Source: Candidatus Abawacabacteria bacterium
GTDB taxonomy: Bacteria; Patescibacteriota; Gracilibacteria; RBG-16-42-10
Length of the DNA: 64,000 nt
Direction: 5' to 3'
Assembly: GCA_016207805.1 (NCBI GenBank)
Contig: JACQZO010000020.1
Span: forward strand, 35,634-99,633
In this document: positions 50,199 through 60,922 of the stretch, piece after piece
Layout: every line of letters begins with the position of its first letter
Numbering within the stretch: the first letter of the stretch is position 1
Program-made: the position numbers and the translations under genes
Notes under the pieces: model-generated
Databases searched by the model: none
What the model was told of the DNA's origin: nothing
What the model saw: only the letters and a program-made list of their open reading frames with translations

Positions 50199-50822
50199 AT
50201 GCAACAAAAAACAATAACCGAGCAGCACAGAAAAACATACCAGGATGCCATCAATCAGCATAATAACGGATTACATGCTATGCACTGGCCTTTTTACAAG
50301 CCGGCTGCCAGAAGATACAAAGAATTACTTGTTGATATTGAGCTAGAAAAAAGATCCATTCTTGATGTTGGCTGTGGCTTGGGTAATCTATTGCCTTATA
50401 TAGCAAGTAAATCAAACAACTTCACCTACCATGGCATAGATATCATGCCCGAATTTATTGCTCAAGCACAGGCATCTTATCCCGAATTCAACTTCAGTGT
50501 GGCAGATTTCTGGTCAGATGATTTTCAAGAAAAAGCTGATATTGTGCTGACTAGTGGCACACTCAACTTTGCAATTCTTGATATCGAGCAGAGAAAAAAA
50601 ATGATCAAAAAGCTTTTTGATCAATCCAATTCAGCTACGGTCTTTAACATGTCAGGACAACATCCAGTGTCTAAAGATATTTCTAGTAAAGGCCTGATTA
50701 GATACGTTGATGCTCTAGAAATTTTTAATTATTGCTTTTCTCTCACCAAAAAAATTGTTTTTCGACACCATTATCATAAATATGATTTCACCATTGCAAT
50801 GTTTCACCAGAAGCGGAAATAA
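50199..50822 (+). CDS. Class I SAM-dependent methyltransferase
   Basis: SILDVGCGLG motif I, YHGIDI, DIVLTSGTLN. Confidence 0.88.
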   Translation: MQQKTITEQHRKTYQDAINQHNNGLHAMHWPFYKPAARRYKELLVDIELEKRSILDVGCGLGNLLPYIASKSNNFTYHGIDIMPEFIAQAQASYPEFNFSVADFWSDDFQEKADIVLTSGTLNFAILDIEQRKKMIKKLFDQSNSATVFNMSGQHPVSKDISSKGLIRYVDALEIFNYCFSLTKKIVFRHHYHKYDFTIAMFHQKRK

Positions 50823-51546
50823 TATCCGTAGTAAGAAAATCTTTTTTCAGAAATTGGTATTTATCAAGACTATGGCTGTCTACTAAGCATAGTTTCACAT
50901 GCGTTGAATTACTGCCGCAGTGGCCTTCAAATGCTAAGATATCATTAGTGCCATTCCATTCAATTTCATCTACCATTGCCACCTTACTCGATATATAAGG
51001 ACGCGCATTCATCATTAGTTTATAATTAGCCAAACCGACTGAGCCATAGTGACCATAGGGATTTCTGTCCATCCCTAAGCTATAATATTCTTTTTTTTGT
51101 TTAATCGCCTCATCCACGAGTAGAATATCCGACAAACGTGCCAGCGGTGCTGGTAAATAAAAAGCTACTTTATATGGCAGTACCCGATAACATAAATTGA
51201 TTGATTTCTCTTTTAGACGAAATATCATACCACCAATATAAGAAGATCCTTCATATAAAGAGAGTGCTTGGTATGGCCACTGATTTGGTGCCAAAAGCTT
51301 GGCAAAATTAGCCACAAAGTCACTACCACGACTGAGCATAAGCGCTCTATGAAGGGGAGCAAACTGGGCAATAAGCTCTTCACTTACAGCTTCAAATACA
51401 AATTGGTAATTGCTTTCTTTCAAGAGAGAAAACGCCTTTTTTAAGTGTCTCAGCGACTTCCCTTTAAATAAATCTTGGCCAGAACTTAGTTCTAGCACAT
51501 TGATACGCCAAGTAATATGGTTGGGAAAAGAACCTGTTAACTTCAT
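50788..51546 (-). CDS. Hypothetical protein, possibly GNAT/FemAB-like fold
   Basis: 252-aa ORF; LSLYEGSSYIGGMIF and YYSLGMDRN..G..GLANYK only loosely resemble GNAT-type motifs. Confidence 0.6.
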   Translation of the reverse strand: MKLTGSFPNHITWRINVLELSSGQDLFKGKSLRHLKKAFSLLKESNYQFVFEAVSEELIAQFAPLHRALMLSRGSDFVANFAKLLAPNQWPYQALSLYEGSSYIGGMIFRLKEKSINLCYRVLPYKVAFYLPAPLARLSDILLVDEAIKQKKEYYSLGMDRNPYGHYGSVGLANYKLMMNARPYISSKVAMVDEIEWNGTNDILAFEGHCGSNSTHVKLCLVDSHSLDKYQFLKKDFLTTDIISASGETLQW

Positions 51547-51716
51547 AGGTAATTATTCCATTATTAGCTAAAGGACAGCATCTTTATCATCGCACCACAA
51601 CAAAACAACTTAATCCATCATGTTTTCCCAAATAAATAAGACCTAGCATTATTGTAGCATACAACTTTCTCTAATAGTGCAAAATGTGCTATCAGTAGAC
51701 TGGTATTCTCAATTGC

Positions 51717-53456
51717 ATGCTTGATCCTATAGTAGAAATTAAAGCAAAGTTATCGATCGAAGATGTCGTTAAAGATTATGTACAGCTCAAAAGAGCAGGC
51801 CGTAATTTAAAGGGCTTGTGCCCCTTTCATCAAGAAAAGACACCTTCTTTTATGGTCAGTCCTGACAAAGGCATTGCTTATTGTTTTGGCTGTCATCAAG
51901 GCGGTGATATCTTTAAGTTTTATATGGCTGTAGAAAAGGTTGATTTTGCTGAAGCCCTAAATGATTTAGCCGAACGAGTCGGTGTTGTTTTAGAAAAGCA
52001 AAACCCTCAGTTTCTCTCAGCCCAAAAAGAACAGAAAAATAGTTTAAAAAATCTGCTCCACAAAGCTACTCAGTTTTTCCAAGAGCAACTCAAAACCAAT
52101 GCCAAAGCCCAAACTTACCTGACTGAGCGCGTTTTGGAGCCAAGAACTGTGACAATGTTTGGTCTGGGCTATGCCCCAGAGGGTTGGCATGGACTGAGTG
52201 ACTATCTAACCAACCTTGGTTTCTCGACAGACCTGTTGGTACAAGCTGGCGTAGCTATCGCTGACGAACAAAATATCAAAAAGATCCACGATAAGTTTCG
52301 TGACCGCATTATGTTCCCTTTTTATAATGATCGCGGAGATATTATTGGCTTCACTGGCAGAGCTTTGACCAATGAGAATGAACCTAAGTACTTAAACTCT
52401 CCTGAAACTATCCTATTTCACAAAAGCTCATTTATCTATGGACTTCACCAAGCCAAGGAACATATCCGCAAAACAGGCCAAGTATATATAGTAGAGGGCC
52501 AAATAGACTGTTTACAAGCTCAACAAAACAACTTTCCCAATACGGTTGCCGTCTCTGGTACAGCATTTACTATGCAACACTTAGATATTCTCCATCGTTT
52601 TGCTGAAAAGTTAATTTTTGTGTTTGATGGCGACAAAGCAGGAAAAAATGCTGCCTTACGTATTATGCCTGAGCTATTAGCGAATGATATTAATTGTAGT
52701 TTTGCCTTGCTACCTAATGATAGTGATCCCGACTCATTACTACGCCAAGACCAAGCTCTATATCATACACTCTTAGCCAAGCCACTATACTGGCTTGATT
52801 ACATTCATCAGGCTCATTTTGAACATGTATCGCTTAAGGATCCCGAACAATTAAAACTATTTACCGATATTTGCTTGCCCCTAATCAAGAAGCTACCCAA
52901 ACCATTAGATCAAGAAGAGGCATTAACCAAAATCGCCCTGGTCACTGGTAAATCTCCCCACATTTTGCATAAAGCATTACAAAAGACGCGTAGCGAAAAA
53001 CATCGTAATAACACTATCAACAAGACACAGATGCCAGATATGGTGAGCTATTATTTGGCATTTTGTTGTCAATTCCCTCAATTCATCAATGACCTCATTG
53101 ATACGCATCTATTAGCATTTTTAGCTCCTACGGAACAAGACATTTACAGAAAAGCACATGCATATTATAGTGAGCCGCGAACAGCGTTACCCTCAACTTC
53201 GCTGCTAGATGCTTTGCCTATCCCTCAAGATACATTTTCTTTACTGCTCTTAGAGATTGAAGAACGCTATGGGGCCTATAATGAAGAACGAGTTGCTGAA
53301 GAGAGAAATACCTTGTTCAAAAGAACAAAAGAGACATTAAAGAAAAAACAACTCATTATTTTGAAGCAAAGACTAGAAGAAGCAAGAAAAGAAAACAATA
53401 AGGAACTACAAAAGCAAATTCTGGCCGAGACGGCCCAAACTCTCAAATACACTTAA
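51717..53456 (+). CDS. dnaG: DNA primase
   Basis: [11 protein letters not shown]...CFGC zinc finger, [27 protein letters not shown] and FDGD.AG. Confidence 0.97.
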   Translation: MLDPIVEIKAKLSIEDVVKDYVQLKRAGRNLKGLCPFHQEKTPSFMVSPDKGIAYCFGCHQGGDIFKFYMAVEKVDFAEALNDLAERVGVVLEKQNPQFLSAQKEQKNSLKNLLHKATQFFQEQLKTNAKAQTYLTERVLEPRTVTMFGLGYAPEGWHGLSDYLTNLGFSTDLLVQAGVAIADEQNIKKIHDKFRDRIMFPFYNDRGDIIGFTGRALTNENEPKYLNSPETILFHKSSFIYGLHQAKEHIRKTGQVYIVEGQIDCLQAQQNNFPNTVAVSGTAFTMQHLDILHRFAEKLIFVFDGDKAGKNAALRIMPELLANDINCSFALLPNDSDPDSLLRQDQALYHTLLAKPLYWLDYIHQAHFEHVSLKDPEQLKLFTDICLPLIKKLPKPLDQEEALTKIALVTGKSPHILHKALQKTRSEKHRNNTINKTQMPDMVSYYLAFCCQFPQFINDLIDTHLLAFLAPTEQDIYRKAHAYYSEPRTALPSTSLLDALPIPQDTFSLLLLEIEERYGAYNEERVAEERNTLFKRTKETLKKKQLIILKQRLEEARKENNKELQKQILAETAQTLKYT

Positions 53457-53467
53457 CATATTATCCC

Positions 53468-55351
53468 GTGGGTAAGAAAAGCATCAAGCGCGAACAAGAT
53501 TCACTTGCCAAGTATCCTGCGGAAGTCCGGTTATTGATCAAAAAGGGTAAAGAACAAGGCTTTGTCACTCAGCAAGAAGTCATGCACGCCATTCCTGAAT
53601 TTGAAACCAATTTGGCATTGGTGGAAGAAATCATGATGCAATTTTTGGAACATGGTATCGAAATTGTCGATAGTCAACAAGAATTTATTTGGAAAGATGC
53701 TCAAAAAGAAAATGCTGAAACAAAGGAAAAAAGCTCAGAAGATAAATTACGTGACAAATTTCTTTCTACCAATAAGAAAAATTTCGCTCTAGGCGATATT
53801 GCTGGCGACTCCATTAGAATGTATTTACGAGAAATTGGCCGTGTAGAACTTTTGACTGCCGAAGAAGAGGTGATGCTCGCAAAACGAATTACCAAGCATG
53901 ATCCTGTAGCTAAAAGACAACTTGCTGAAGCTAACCTTCGTTTGGTAGTAAGCATTGCCAAAAAGTATGTTGGTCGTGGCCTTTCTCTCTTGGATTTAAT
54001 TCAAGAAGGAAATATTGGTTTATTTCGAGCAGTAGAAAAGTTTGATTATCGTAAAGGCTTCAAATTTTCCACTTATGCTACTTGGTGGATACGGCAAGCT
54101 ATTACTCGAGCAATAGCTGATCAAGCTCGTACCATTCGTATTCCCGTACATATGGTGGAAACAATTAATAAATTTACCCACACTCAACGTCGCCTCGTCC
54201 AAGAATTGGGACGTGAACCATTGATCGAAGAAATCGCCCAAGAAATGGGCATGGATGTAAAAAAAATCCGCTATATCAAAAAGATTTCCCAAGATATTGT
54301 CTCTCTAGAAGCACCAGTAGGATCAGATGGTGATAATTCTGGTAGATTGGGCGACTTTATTGAAGATGACGTTACCTTGAGTCCTTCATCTCAAGCTTCA
54401 AGACAACTTTTGAAAGAAGATGTTCACCGTTTGTTGCAATCTCTCACTCCACGTGAGCAGAAAATTATTAGCATGCGTTTTGGTCTAGAAGATGGTATTG
54501 GCCATACTTTGGAAGAAGTAGGCCAAGAATTTGGCGTCACTCGTGAACGTATCCGTCAAATTGAAGCCAAGGCTTTGGTCAAATTACGCGAACATCCTGA
54601 AAGTGTTCGTATCAATTTAAGTAAAGCCGAACAAGCTCAAGATAATGATCTCAACTTTTTGAGTACGAGCATGAGTTTTACCTACTTTCCTGATTTAGTA
54701 TTTTTAGGACCACCAGGTAGTGGCAAAACATCTCAGGCCCACAAGCTAGCAGAGCGTTATGATATGACCATTTTTGACTTACAACATGAGCTGCAAAAAA
54801 CAATGAAATTGGACAATAATGTGGGCAGACGTGTGAAACATTTACTCACTGCTGGACAAATTGTCCCTAGTGAAATTTTACAACAAATATTAGAACAATT
54901 TCTTATTACGGTACCAGCAGACAAACCCATTATTTTTGATAGTTTCCCTCGTAATTTAGCTCAAGCAGACTTCTTCAATCGCATGATGAGCCAAAACAAA
55001 AGGAATTTTGTCGTCGTCCTCTTCAATACCAGTGACGACCATGCTCTTACCCGCATCACCAAAAAGAAAGTGTGTGGCTACTGTCAGACTGTTTATTCAG
55101 CAGATTCCACACTAGAAACATGTGAAAAGTGTCAGCATGAATTGAAATTAGTCAAAGAAGAAAACATGGTAGGCATGAAGCTGAGATTGAGCTCCTACTA
55201 CCAAGAAACAGCGCCAATAGTCCCCCTATACGAAAAAATCGGCAAAGTAATCAGTATCAATGCCGATGAAAACGAATTTGAAGTAAATTTAGCTCTCACG
55301 GATAGATTAGAGACTTTTGGCCTGGAGAAGAAAAGAAAGGGAGGGAAATAA
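53468..55351 (+). CDS. rpoD: RNA polymerase sigma-70 factor RpoD fused to a C-terminal adenylate-kinase-like domain
   Basis: [56 protein letters not shown], then in frame LGPPGSGK...DSFPR...CGYC..CEKC; follows dnaG. Confidence 0.93.
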   Translation: MGKKSIKREQDSLAKYPAEVRLLIKKGKEQGFVTQQEVMHAIPEFETNLALVEEIMMQFLEHGIEIVDSQQEFIWKDAQKENAETKEKSSEDKLRDKFLSTNKKNFALGDIAGDSIRMYLREIGRVELLTAEEEVMLAKRITKHDPVAKRQLAEANLRLVVSIAKKYVGRGLSLLDLIQEGNIGLFRAVEKFDYRKGFKFSTYATWWIRQAITRAIADQARTIRIPVHMVETINKFTHTQRRLVQELGREPLIEEIAQEMGMDVKKIRYIKKISQDIVSLEAPVGSDGDNSGRLGDFIEDDVTLSPSSQASRQLLKEDVHRLLQSLTPREQKIISMRFGLEDGIGHTLEEVGQEFGVTRERIRQIEAKALVKLREHPESVRINLSKAEQAQDNDLNFLSTSMSFTYFPDLVFLGPPGSGKTSQAHKLAERYDMTIFDLQHELQKTMKLDNNVGRRVKHLLTAGQIVPSEILQQILEQFLITVPADKPIIFDSFPRNLAQADFFNRMMSQNKRNFVVVLFNTSDDHALTRITKKKVCGYCQTVYSADSTLETCEKCQHELKLVKEENMVGMKLRLSSYYQETAPIVPLYEKIGKVISINADENEFEVNLALTDRLETFGLEKKRKGGK

Positions 55352-55354
55352 CTC

Positions 55355-55503
55355 CGAATTCTGAATGCGGAATGCTGAGTTCTGAATTGAATGAGGAGGC
55401 TGCGTCCCTTTCTGCTTTTCAAAAAAATCATACATTATCGTCTATTCAACAACTTTCGTTCCCACTGTCCATTCTGAATTCAGCTTTCTGCATTCAGAAT
55501 TCA
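55355..55503. repeat. GAAT(T/G)CT heptamer inverted repeat between convergent rpoD and PMM stops (terminator candidate)
   Basis: gaattctgaatgcggaatgctgagttctgaatt ... attctgaattcagctttctgcattcagaattc. Confidence 0.8.
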
Positions 55504-56913
55504 TTTCAAAGCTTCCACATTCACTCCCTCACTCCAATCAATATTGGCAAATTGGTGTAATATTGCACTAATTTGTTCTTTGAGTAGATTATATTTTTGT
55601 AGCGTTTTTGCTTCAAATTTAATTGTTAAATAGGGACCATTTTGAGAAGCACGCATAATTACCATTTCATCTTTGGTGTCTAGTCTCACACCATCAATAG
55701 TGACATATTCTGCTTCAGGATAAAGTCTTCTTAATTCAGCTTGAATTTCATTATCTATCAAATGAAACTTCTCATTATCGGGACAGCCTAGTTTAATTTC
55801 TGGACTAGAAATATAGCTGGGGAAAGTAGCAAGCACTTGCCCCAATGTCTTTTTCTTACGAGTTAAATAAGCCAATAAACGCAATGATGCGATAGCACCA
55901 TCATCATGACCGTAAAAATTATCAACGAAGTAAAAATGGCCACTCAATTCGCCCCCAAATGCCGCTCCCTCTTCTCGCACTTTCGCTTTAATAAAAGAAT
56001 GTCCCGTCTTCCACATTACCGGCACTCCGCCACTACGCTTAATGACTTCAGTAACTTGCTTAGAACACAAAGTATTAAATACGATTTTAGCACCAGGTAA
56101 ATTATCCAAAATGTCACCAGCAAATAATGACACCAATGTATCATTCCACAATAGCTTCCCCTGTTCATCTACTGCCCCCATTCGATCACCATCAGCATCA
56201 TAAGAGAAACCTACATCAGCTTGTTCGAGTTTGACCCGATCAGCCAAACGCCTTTGGACAATTGACTCAGTAGGATCAGGAGTACCAACAGGGAAATTGC
56301 CATCTGGAACAGTATTTTGTTCAATCACAGTACAACCAAATTCACGTAAAATCTGGGGCAAAAATGCACCAGCAGTAGCTGCACAAGCATCAATTACCAC
56401 CTTGAATGATTTAATGGGACCAATATAGCGTTTCAAATCAGCTATATAAGCCGGGAAAATAGTACTACGAATATGCTTGCCGGCGACCGGTAAAGCGACA
56501 AATTCTCCCTCATTCACCATGTGCTTAAACAATTGAATATCTTCAGTCAACATCGTCTCAGAGTAGCCAGTACCAAATTTAAAACCATTATATTCTTTAG
56601 GATTATGTGAAGCTGTAATCATAATCATTCCCCGAGTACGAAAATAATACTGAGCGAAATAAGCAACCTGAGTCAATGTCATGCCGATGTCATAGACGGT
56701 AATACCTGCTGAAAGCAACGTTTCAACAACAATATCCCGAAAATGAGGACTACTTAACCGACAATCAAAACCAACAACACAATCAGGAATACGGCGTTTA
56801 ATTAACCACGTAGCATATGCCTTGGCTATGGTTGCAACCACTTCATCACTTAGTTCTTTCTCCACCAAGCCGCGAATATCATAACCTCGAAAAATGTGTT
56901 GAGAAACAGACAT
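55501..56913 (-). CDS. Phosphomannomutase/phosphoglucomutase
   Basis: IFRGYDIRG, MITASHNP, DADGDR, GELSGH motifs. Confidence 0.95.
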   Translation of the reverse strand: MSVSQHIFRGYDIRGLVEKELSDEVVATIAKAYATWLIKRRIPDCVVGFDCRLSSPHFRDIVVETLLSAGITVYDIGMTLTQVAYFAQYYFRTRGMIMITASHNPKEYNGFKFGTGYSETMLTEDIQLFKHMVNEGEFVALPVAGKHIRSTIFPAYIADLKRYIGPIKSFKVVIDACAATAGAFLPQILREFGCTVIEQNTVPDGNFPVGTPDPTESIVQRRLADRVKLEQADVGFSYDADGDRMGAVDEQGKLLWNDTLVSLFAGDILDNLPGAKIVFNTLCSKQVTEVIKRSGGVPVMWKTGHSFIKAKVREEGAAFGGELSGHFYFVDNFYGHDDGAIASLRLLAYLTRKKKTLGQVLATFPSYISSPEIKLGCPDNEKFHLIDNEIQAELRRLYPEAEYVTIDGVRLDTKDEMVIMRASQNGPYLTIKFEAKTLQKYNLLKEQISAILHQFANIDWSEGVNVEALK

Positions 56914-56914
56914 A

Positions 56915-57072
56915 GAAATTACAAATTACGAATTACAAATTCCAAATGGTCGGAACAAATAAGGAAGGAAATTATAGAAACATATTTCCCTAAAAAACGG
57001 AAGGATGAACTGGTTCATCCTTCCATTTTCCCTGAGCCCTATTTGTAATTTGGCATTTGTAATTCGTAATTT
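56915..57072. repeat. ATTAC(A/G)A / ATT(T/C)GTA heptamer inverted repeat between the TPR stop and PMM start
   Basis: gaaattacaaattacgaattacaaattccaaat ... atttgtaatttggcatttgtaattcgtaatttc. Confidence 0.85.
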
Positions 57073-57662
57073 CACCGACTACGGTGAATATCCTGATAAA
57101 TTTCTCTCGCTTTATCATGTTGTTTCAGCTTGCGATATGTTTTGGCCAAAAGTTCTAAATAGTCTCTACGTCCCGGATCTAATTGCAAAAGCTGCTGCAC
57201 AGTTCTGACCGCATCTTCATAATGACCTGCTACTAACTGGATAGAAACAGCTTGTTCCAACCACACCGCTTCTCGAGGGAAATGAAGGATTAATTTATTA
57301 ATCACTACCAAAGCACGCATATAGTCCCTTAGGGCGGTATAGGCTTCAGCTAGCAATACATGAATACGAATATAATGATCTGCAGGAATTTCACGTTTCA
57401 AAGCTTCTTCCAAATATTTTACTACCTTACGATAATCTTTCTTAGCATTAGCTTTTTCTGCTAATTCCGAAAGCTCACCAAAACCCATTTGATGGAGATT
57501 GCTTTGAAACATCCTTTCCAATGAAATCGTCTGTTCCAAAATTTGATCAATAGGTGCAAATGTTTCTTCAGCAGCCAAACGTGTTCCCGTGGAATAAAGG
57601 AATAGTCTGCGGCCAATAATAGCTAATGCTAAAAGCCATGAGATAAATGCTATATAAACCAT
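57072..57662 (-). CDS. Membrane-anchored TPR-repeat protein
   Basis: N-terminal TM helix; LAEAY...DY.RA, GHYEDAV...LLQLDP, LAKTY...DKAREIY repeats. Confidence 0.85.
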   Translation of the reverse strand: MVYIAFISWLLALAIIGRRLFLYSTGTRLAAEETFAPIDQILEQTISLERMFQSNLHQMGFGELSELAEKANAKKDYRKVVKYLEEALKREIPADHYIRIHVLLAEAYTALRDYMRALVVINKLILHFPREAVWLEQAVSIQLVAGHYEDAVRTVQQLLQLDPGRRDYLELLAKTYRKLKQHDKAREIYQDIHRSR

Positions 57663-57665
57663 AAT

Positions 57666-58322
57666 CTAAGTAAGAAAAAAGTATTCTAATGCATTACGCA
57701 AAGTAGTAGTATGACGGGTATATGATAATGTAGAAAACCATTTTTGTAGAGTGCTGGAGTCAGCACCTTTACGCCAAAGATAATGAGACAGATTGTAAAG
57801 CAAAGTATCGCTATCATATGACTTAAGTAATTTCTCCAGCATTTGTTGTTTTTCAAAAAGCAGTTTTTGAGGATCAAATAATACATCTGCCTTTGCGATA
57901 AAATCCTGATCGATCAGAGTTTCCTTATCTGGAATACGAAGCAAACGTAGACGTGACAGTATCGGCCGCGACAAGGTTCGGGGCTTGGTGGTAGTAAGTA
58001 AAAAGAGTACCTGTTTAGGAGCTTCTTCCAAAAGCTTCAACAACATTTGTTGAGCAGGAATAGTCATCTTATCTACTTGCTCGATAATACCCAAAGAAAT
58101 AGTAGTCACGCTTTGCAAACTAAATGACTGGCGAAAGCGACGTGCAGCTTCTACATCTATTTTGCCCTCTTCAGGGACAAGAGATTGGGCAAAAGCTCGC
58201 ATTTCAGCGGCACCATTTTGCAAGAAATGGGTCAATTCTAAATGTAAAGTATCATTTTGACTGGCTACCAATAAATAGGCATGCGAGCGCTGAGGATCTT
58301 GTAAAATACTAGTAAGTGACAT
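57666..58322 (-). CDS. holB: DNA polymerase III delta-prime-like clamp-loader subunit (short form)
   Basis: SHAYLL, IIEQVDKMTIPAQQMLLKLLEEAP, FLLTT, ILSR. Confidence 0.8.
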   Translation of the reverse strand: MSLTSILQDPQRSHAYLLVASQNDTLHLELTHFLQNGAAEMRAFAQSLVPEEGKIDVEAARRFRQSFSLQSVTTISLGIIEQVDKMTIPAQQMLLKLLEEAPKQVLFLLTTTKPRTLSRPILSRLRLLRIPDKETLIDQDFIAKADVLFDPQKLLFEKQQMLEKLLKSYDSDTLLYNLSHYLWRKGADSSTLQKWFSTLSYTRHTTTLRNALEYFFLT

Positions 58323-58375
58323 GCTTGCTTATCATCTGGCAAGAAGATACCATAACGCTGCTTTAGGTCCTAGCT

Positions 58376-60868
58376 ATGAAAAAGCTCACCCCAATGCTCC
58401 AACAGTACTTTGCAATCAAAGCACAGTACCCAGACTGTGTATTATTGTTTCGTCTTGGAGATTTTTATGAAATGTTTGGCACCGATGCCGAGCTGGCTAG
58501 TCAAATTCTCCATATTGCTTTAACAGCCCGGAACAAAGGGACTGAAAATGAGATTGCCATGTGTGGTTTTCCCCACTTTAGTGCCGATCAGTATACCAAG
58601 AAGCTAATTCGTGCTGGGCACAAAGTAGCTATTTGTGATCAAATCAGTGATCCCAATTTACCTGGTATCGTCGAGCGTGATGTTACTAGAGTCATTACTC
58701 CTGGCACCTTGCTTAGCGATGATGAAGATGAGACGAAATTGAGATTATTGGCTGCAGTATCTTACCAAGGACAGAATTGGGAAGTGCTTTTTTGTAATGT
58801 TAGCACCGGTGAATTAATGCCCGGCTTTGGTACCACCTTGCCCGATATTCTAGAACAATTACATATTCGGCAACCGACAGAAATTTTGTTAGCTAAAGAG
58901 CATGAAGAAAAAGTTCAATCATTACTAAGACAAAGTAATATTATAGCTACCGTCACAGGTCTCAGCGGGGTATATGAAGCTGAAGGCATGATTCGCCACT
59001 ACATTGAGAGAACCCAAAAAAGTGCCACTAATTATCTTCATCAAGAATTGCATAGGGAAGCTAAGACTATAGCCATTGATGAAATGACTTTGCGCAATCT
59101 AGAAATTGTCCGCAACAATCATGATGGCAAAATCTATGGCTCTCTACTCGACACCATCAATGCCACCATCACCGCCGCTGGTTTTCGCCTACTTCATACT
59201 ATGCTCTTACATCCCTTAGCTGATGCTAACGCAATTATGTATCGTCAAGATATAGTCGCCGGTTTCACTGAGGAAAGTATTGTTCGAAAATCAATTCAAA
59301 ACTTATTAAAACAGGTACATGATATCGAAAAAATCATTGCCAAAATCGTGCTTCGTAGTGGATCGCCACGTGATCTTGGCAACCTGAGTCAGACACTCAA
59401 TTTATTACCCAATCTTTACCAGGCACTCCAAAAAAGCCTCAAGCCACTGATTAGAGAATTGGCAGAAACAATTAATTATCAGGGTCCCTTAACTGAATTG
59501 TTGAATAAAGCCTTGGTATCAGACACTCTGCCATTAACTCCTCAAGAAGGACACTGGTTACAAAGTGGTTTTGACTCAGAACTAGATGAAATCCGACGCC
59601 GTGTTTCTCATACTCAAGAGTGGCTGAGAGAATATGAAGAAATGGAAAAACAAAAAACAGGTATTGAGCAATTAAAAGTACGATTCAATACTATTAGTGG
59701 CTTTTATATTGAAATATCTAAAACCAGCCTAAAAAACATTGCTTTAGAAAAGATTGCCCATCTCACCCGCAAACAAACATTAGTCAATGTTGAGCGCTAT
59801 TCTTCAGTAGAATTACACAATTTTGAGAGTGAATATTTAGCCGCTGAAGAAAAAATGAAAGCGAGACAAAATGTTCTTTTTAGCCACTTATGTCAGCAAG
59901 TATTGGCTGAGAAAGATAATTTGCAAAAATTAGCCAAAAACATTGCTCTCATCGATGTTTTTTCCAGCCTAGCACAAATAGCGGAAGAATATCATTACAC
60001 CAGACCAGAAATCAGTATCGATAATAGCCTAGTGATTGAAGAGGGAAAGCACCCCATGATTGCCAGGAAGCTGGGTAGTTCTTTTGTAGCCAATGATACC
60101 ATCCTAAATCATGACCAGCAGCAATTAATTTTGATCACTGGTCCCAATATGGGAGGTAAAAGCACCTATCTCAGACAAGTGGCTTTAATTGAAATATTAT
60201 TTTTGATTGGCAGCTTCGTGCCCGCCCAAAAAGCACGACTGCCATTAGTAGATCATATTTTCACTCGCATCGGCGCTCAAGATCATCTCCTCCGAGGCAT
60301 GTCTACCTTTATGGTAGAAATGTCTGAAACTGCTAATATTTTACGTTCAGCAACAGAAAAAAGTCTCATTATTTTAGATGAAATCGGTCGAGGCACTTCC
60401 ACCTATGATGGTCTGAGCATTGCCTGGGCAATCTGTGATTATTTAGTACACAGCGTTAAAGCAAAAACTCTTTTTGCTAGCCATTACCATGAACTAATCC
60501 AAGTAATTGAGGATTTACCACATGCCAGTAATGCCAGCGTTGCTATCGCCGAACAAGCCGATCAAATTACTTTTCTTTACAAAGTAGTTCCTGGTGGCAT
60601 CGGCAAAAGTTACGGCTTAGAAGTAGCCAAAAGAGCAGGACTCCCCCCCAGTGTAGTGCAATACGCACGTCACATTTTACAAGAACTAGAATCTGGAATA
60701 CCAGTACCAACCCAAGCTAAAGAAGATGCCACTTTATTTTCTGTACCCATTGCTCCCGTGCAATCTAAGCTCGAACAAACCTTAGAGCAACTAGACATCA
60801 ATACCCTAAGCCCCATCGACGCCCTACTACTACTCAAAACATGGAAAGAAAAATTAAAACAGATCTAA
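58376..60868 (+). CDS. mutS: DNA mismatch repair protein MutS
   Basis: TPMLQQY, FRLGDFYEMF, ITGPNMGGKSTYLRQ, STFMVEM, DEIGRGTST. Confidence 0.97.
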   Translation: MKKLTPMLQQYFAIKAQYPDCVLLFRLGDFYEMFGTDAELASQILHIALTARNKGTENEIAMCGFPHFSADQYTKKLIRAGHKVAICDQISDPNLPGIVERDVTRVITPGTLLSDDEDETKLRLLAAVSYQGQNWEVLFCNVSTGELMPGFGTTLPDILEQLHIRQPTEILLAKEHEEKVQSLLRQSNIIATVTGLSGVYEAEGMIRHYIERTQKSATNYLHQELHREAKTIAIDEMTLRNLEIVRNNHDGKIYGSLLDTINATITAAGFRLLHTMLLHPLADANAIMYRQDIVAGFTEESIVRKSIQNLLKQVHDIEKIIAKIVLRSGSPRDLGNLSQTLNLLPNLYQALQKSLKPLIRELAETINYQGPLTELLNKALVSDTLPLTPQEGHWLQSGFDSELDEIRRRVSHTQEWLREYEEMEKQKTGIEQLKVRFNTISGFYIEISKTSLKNIALEKIAHLTRKQTLVNVERYSSVELHNFESEYLAAEEKMKARQNVLFSHLCQQVLAEKDNLQKLAKNIALIDVFSSLAQIAEEYHYTRPEISIDNSLVIEEGKHPMIARKLGSSFVANDTILNHDQQQLILITGPNMGGKSTYLRQVALIEILFLIGSFVPAQKARLPLVDHIFTRIGAQDHLLRGMSTFMVEMSETANILRSATEKSLIILDEIGRGTSTYDGLSIAWAICDYLVHSVKAKTLFASHYHELIQVIEDLPHASNASVAIAEQADQITFLYKVVPGGIGKSYGLEVAKRAGLPPSVVQYARHILQELESGIPVPTQAKEDATLFSVPIAPVQSKLEQTLEQLDINTLSPIDALLLLKTWKEKLKQI

Positions 60869-60878
60869 CTATTCCTTC

Positions 60879-60914
60879 CCTTACTTCTGCCCTCTGCCTC
60901 CTGCCTTCTAACTT
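60879..60914. repeat. TCTGCC(C/T) heptamer arm before the mutL start
   Basis: cttacttctgccctctgcctcctgccttctaactt. Confidence 0.75.
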
Positions 60915-60922
60915 CACCTCAA

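Noticed and set aside
55372..55560. Small ORFs across heptamer tracts (also 17097..17303 and 32648..32836)
   Set aside because: They are translations of the repeat arms (e.g. SILNSAFCIQNS, ALSSQLLAL) with no independent support
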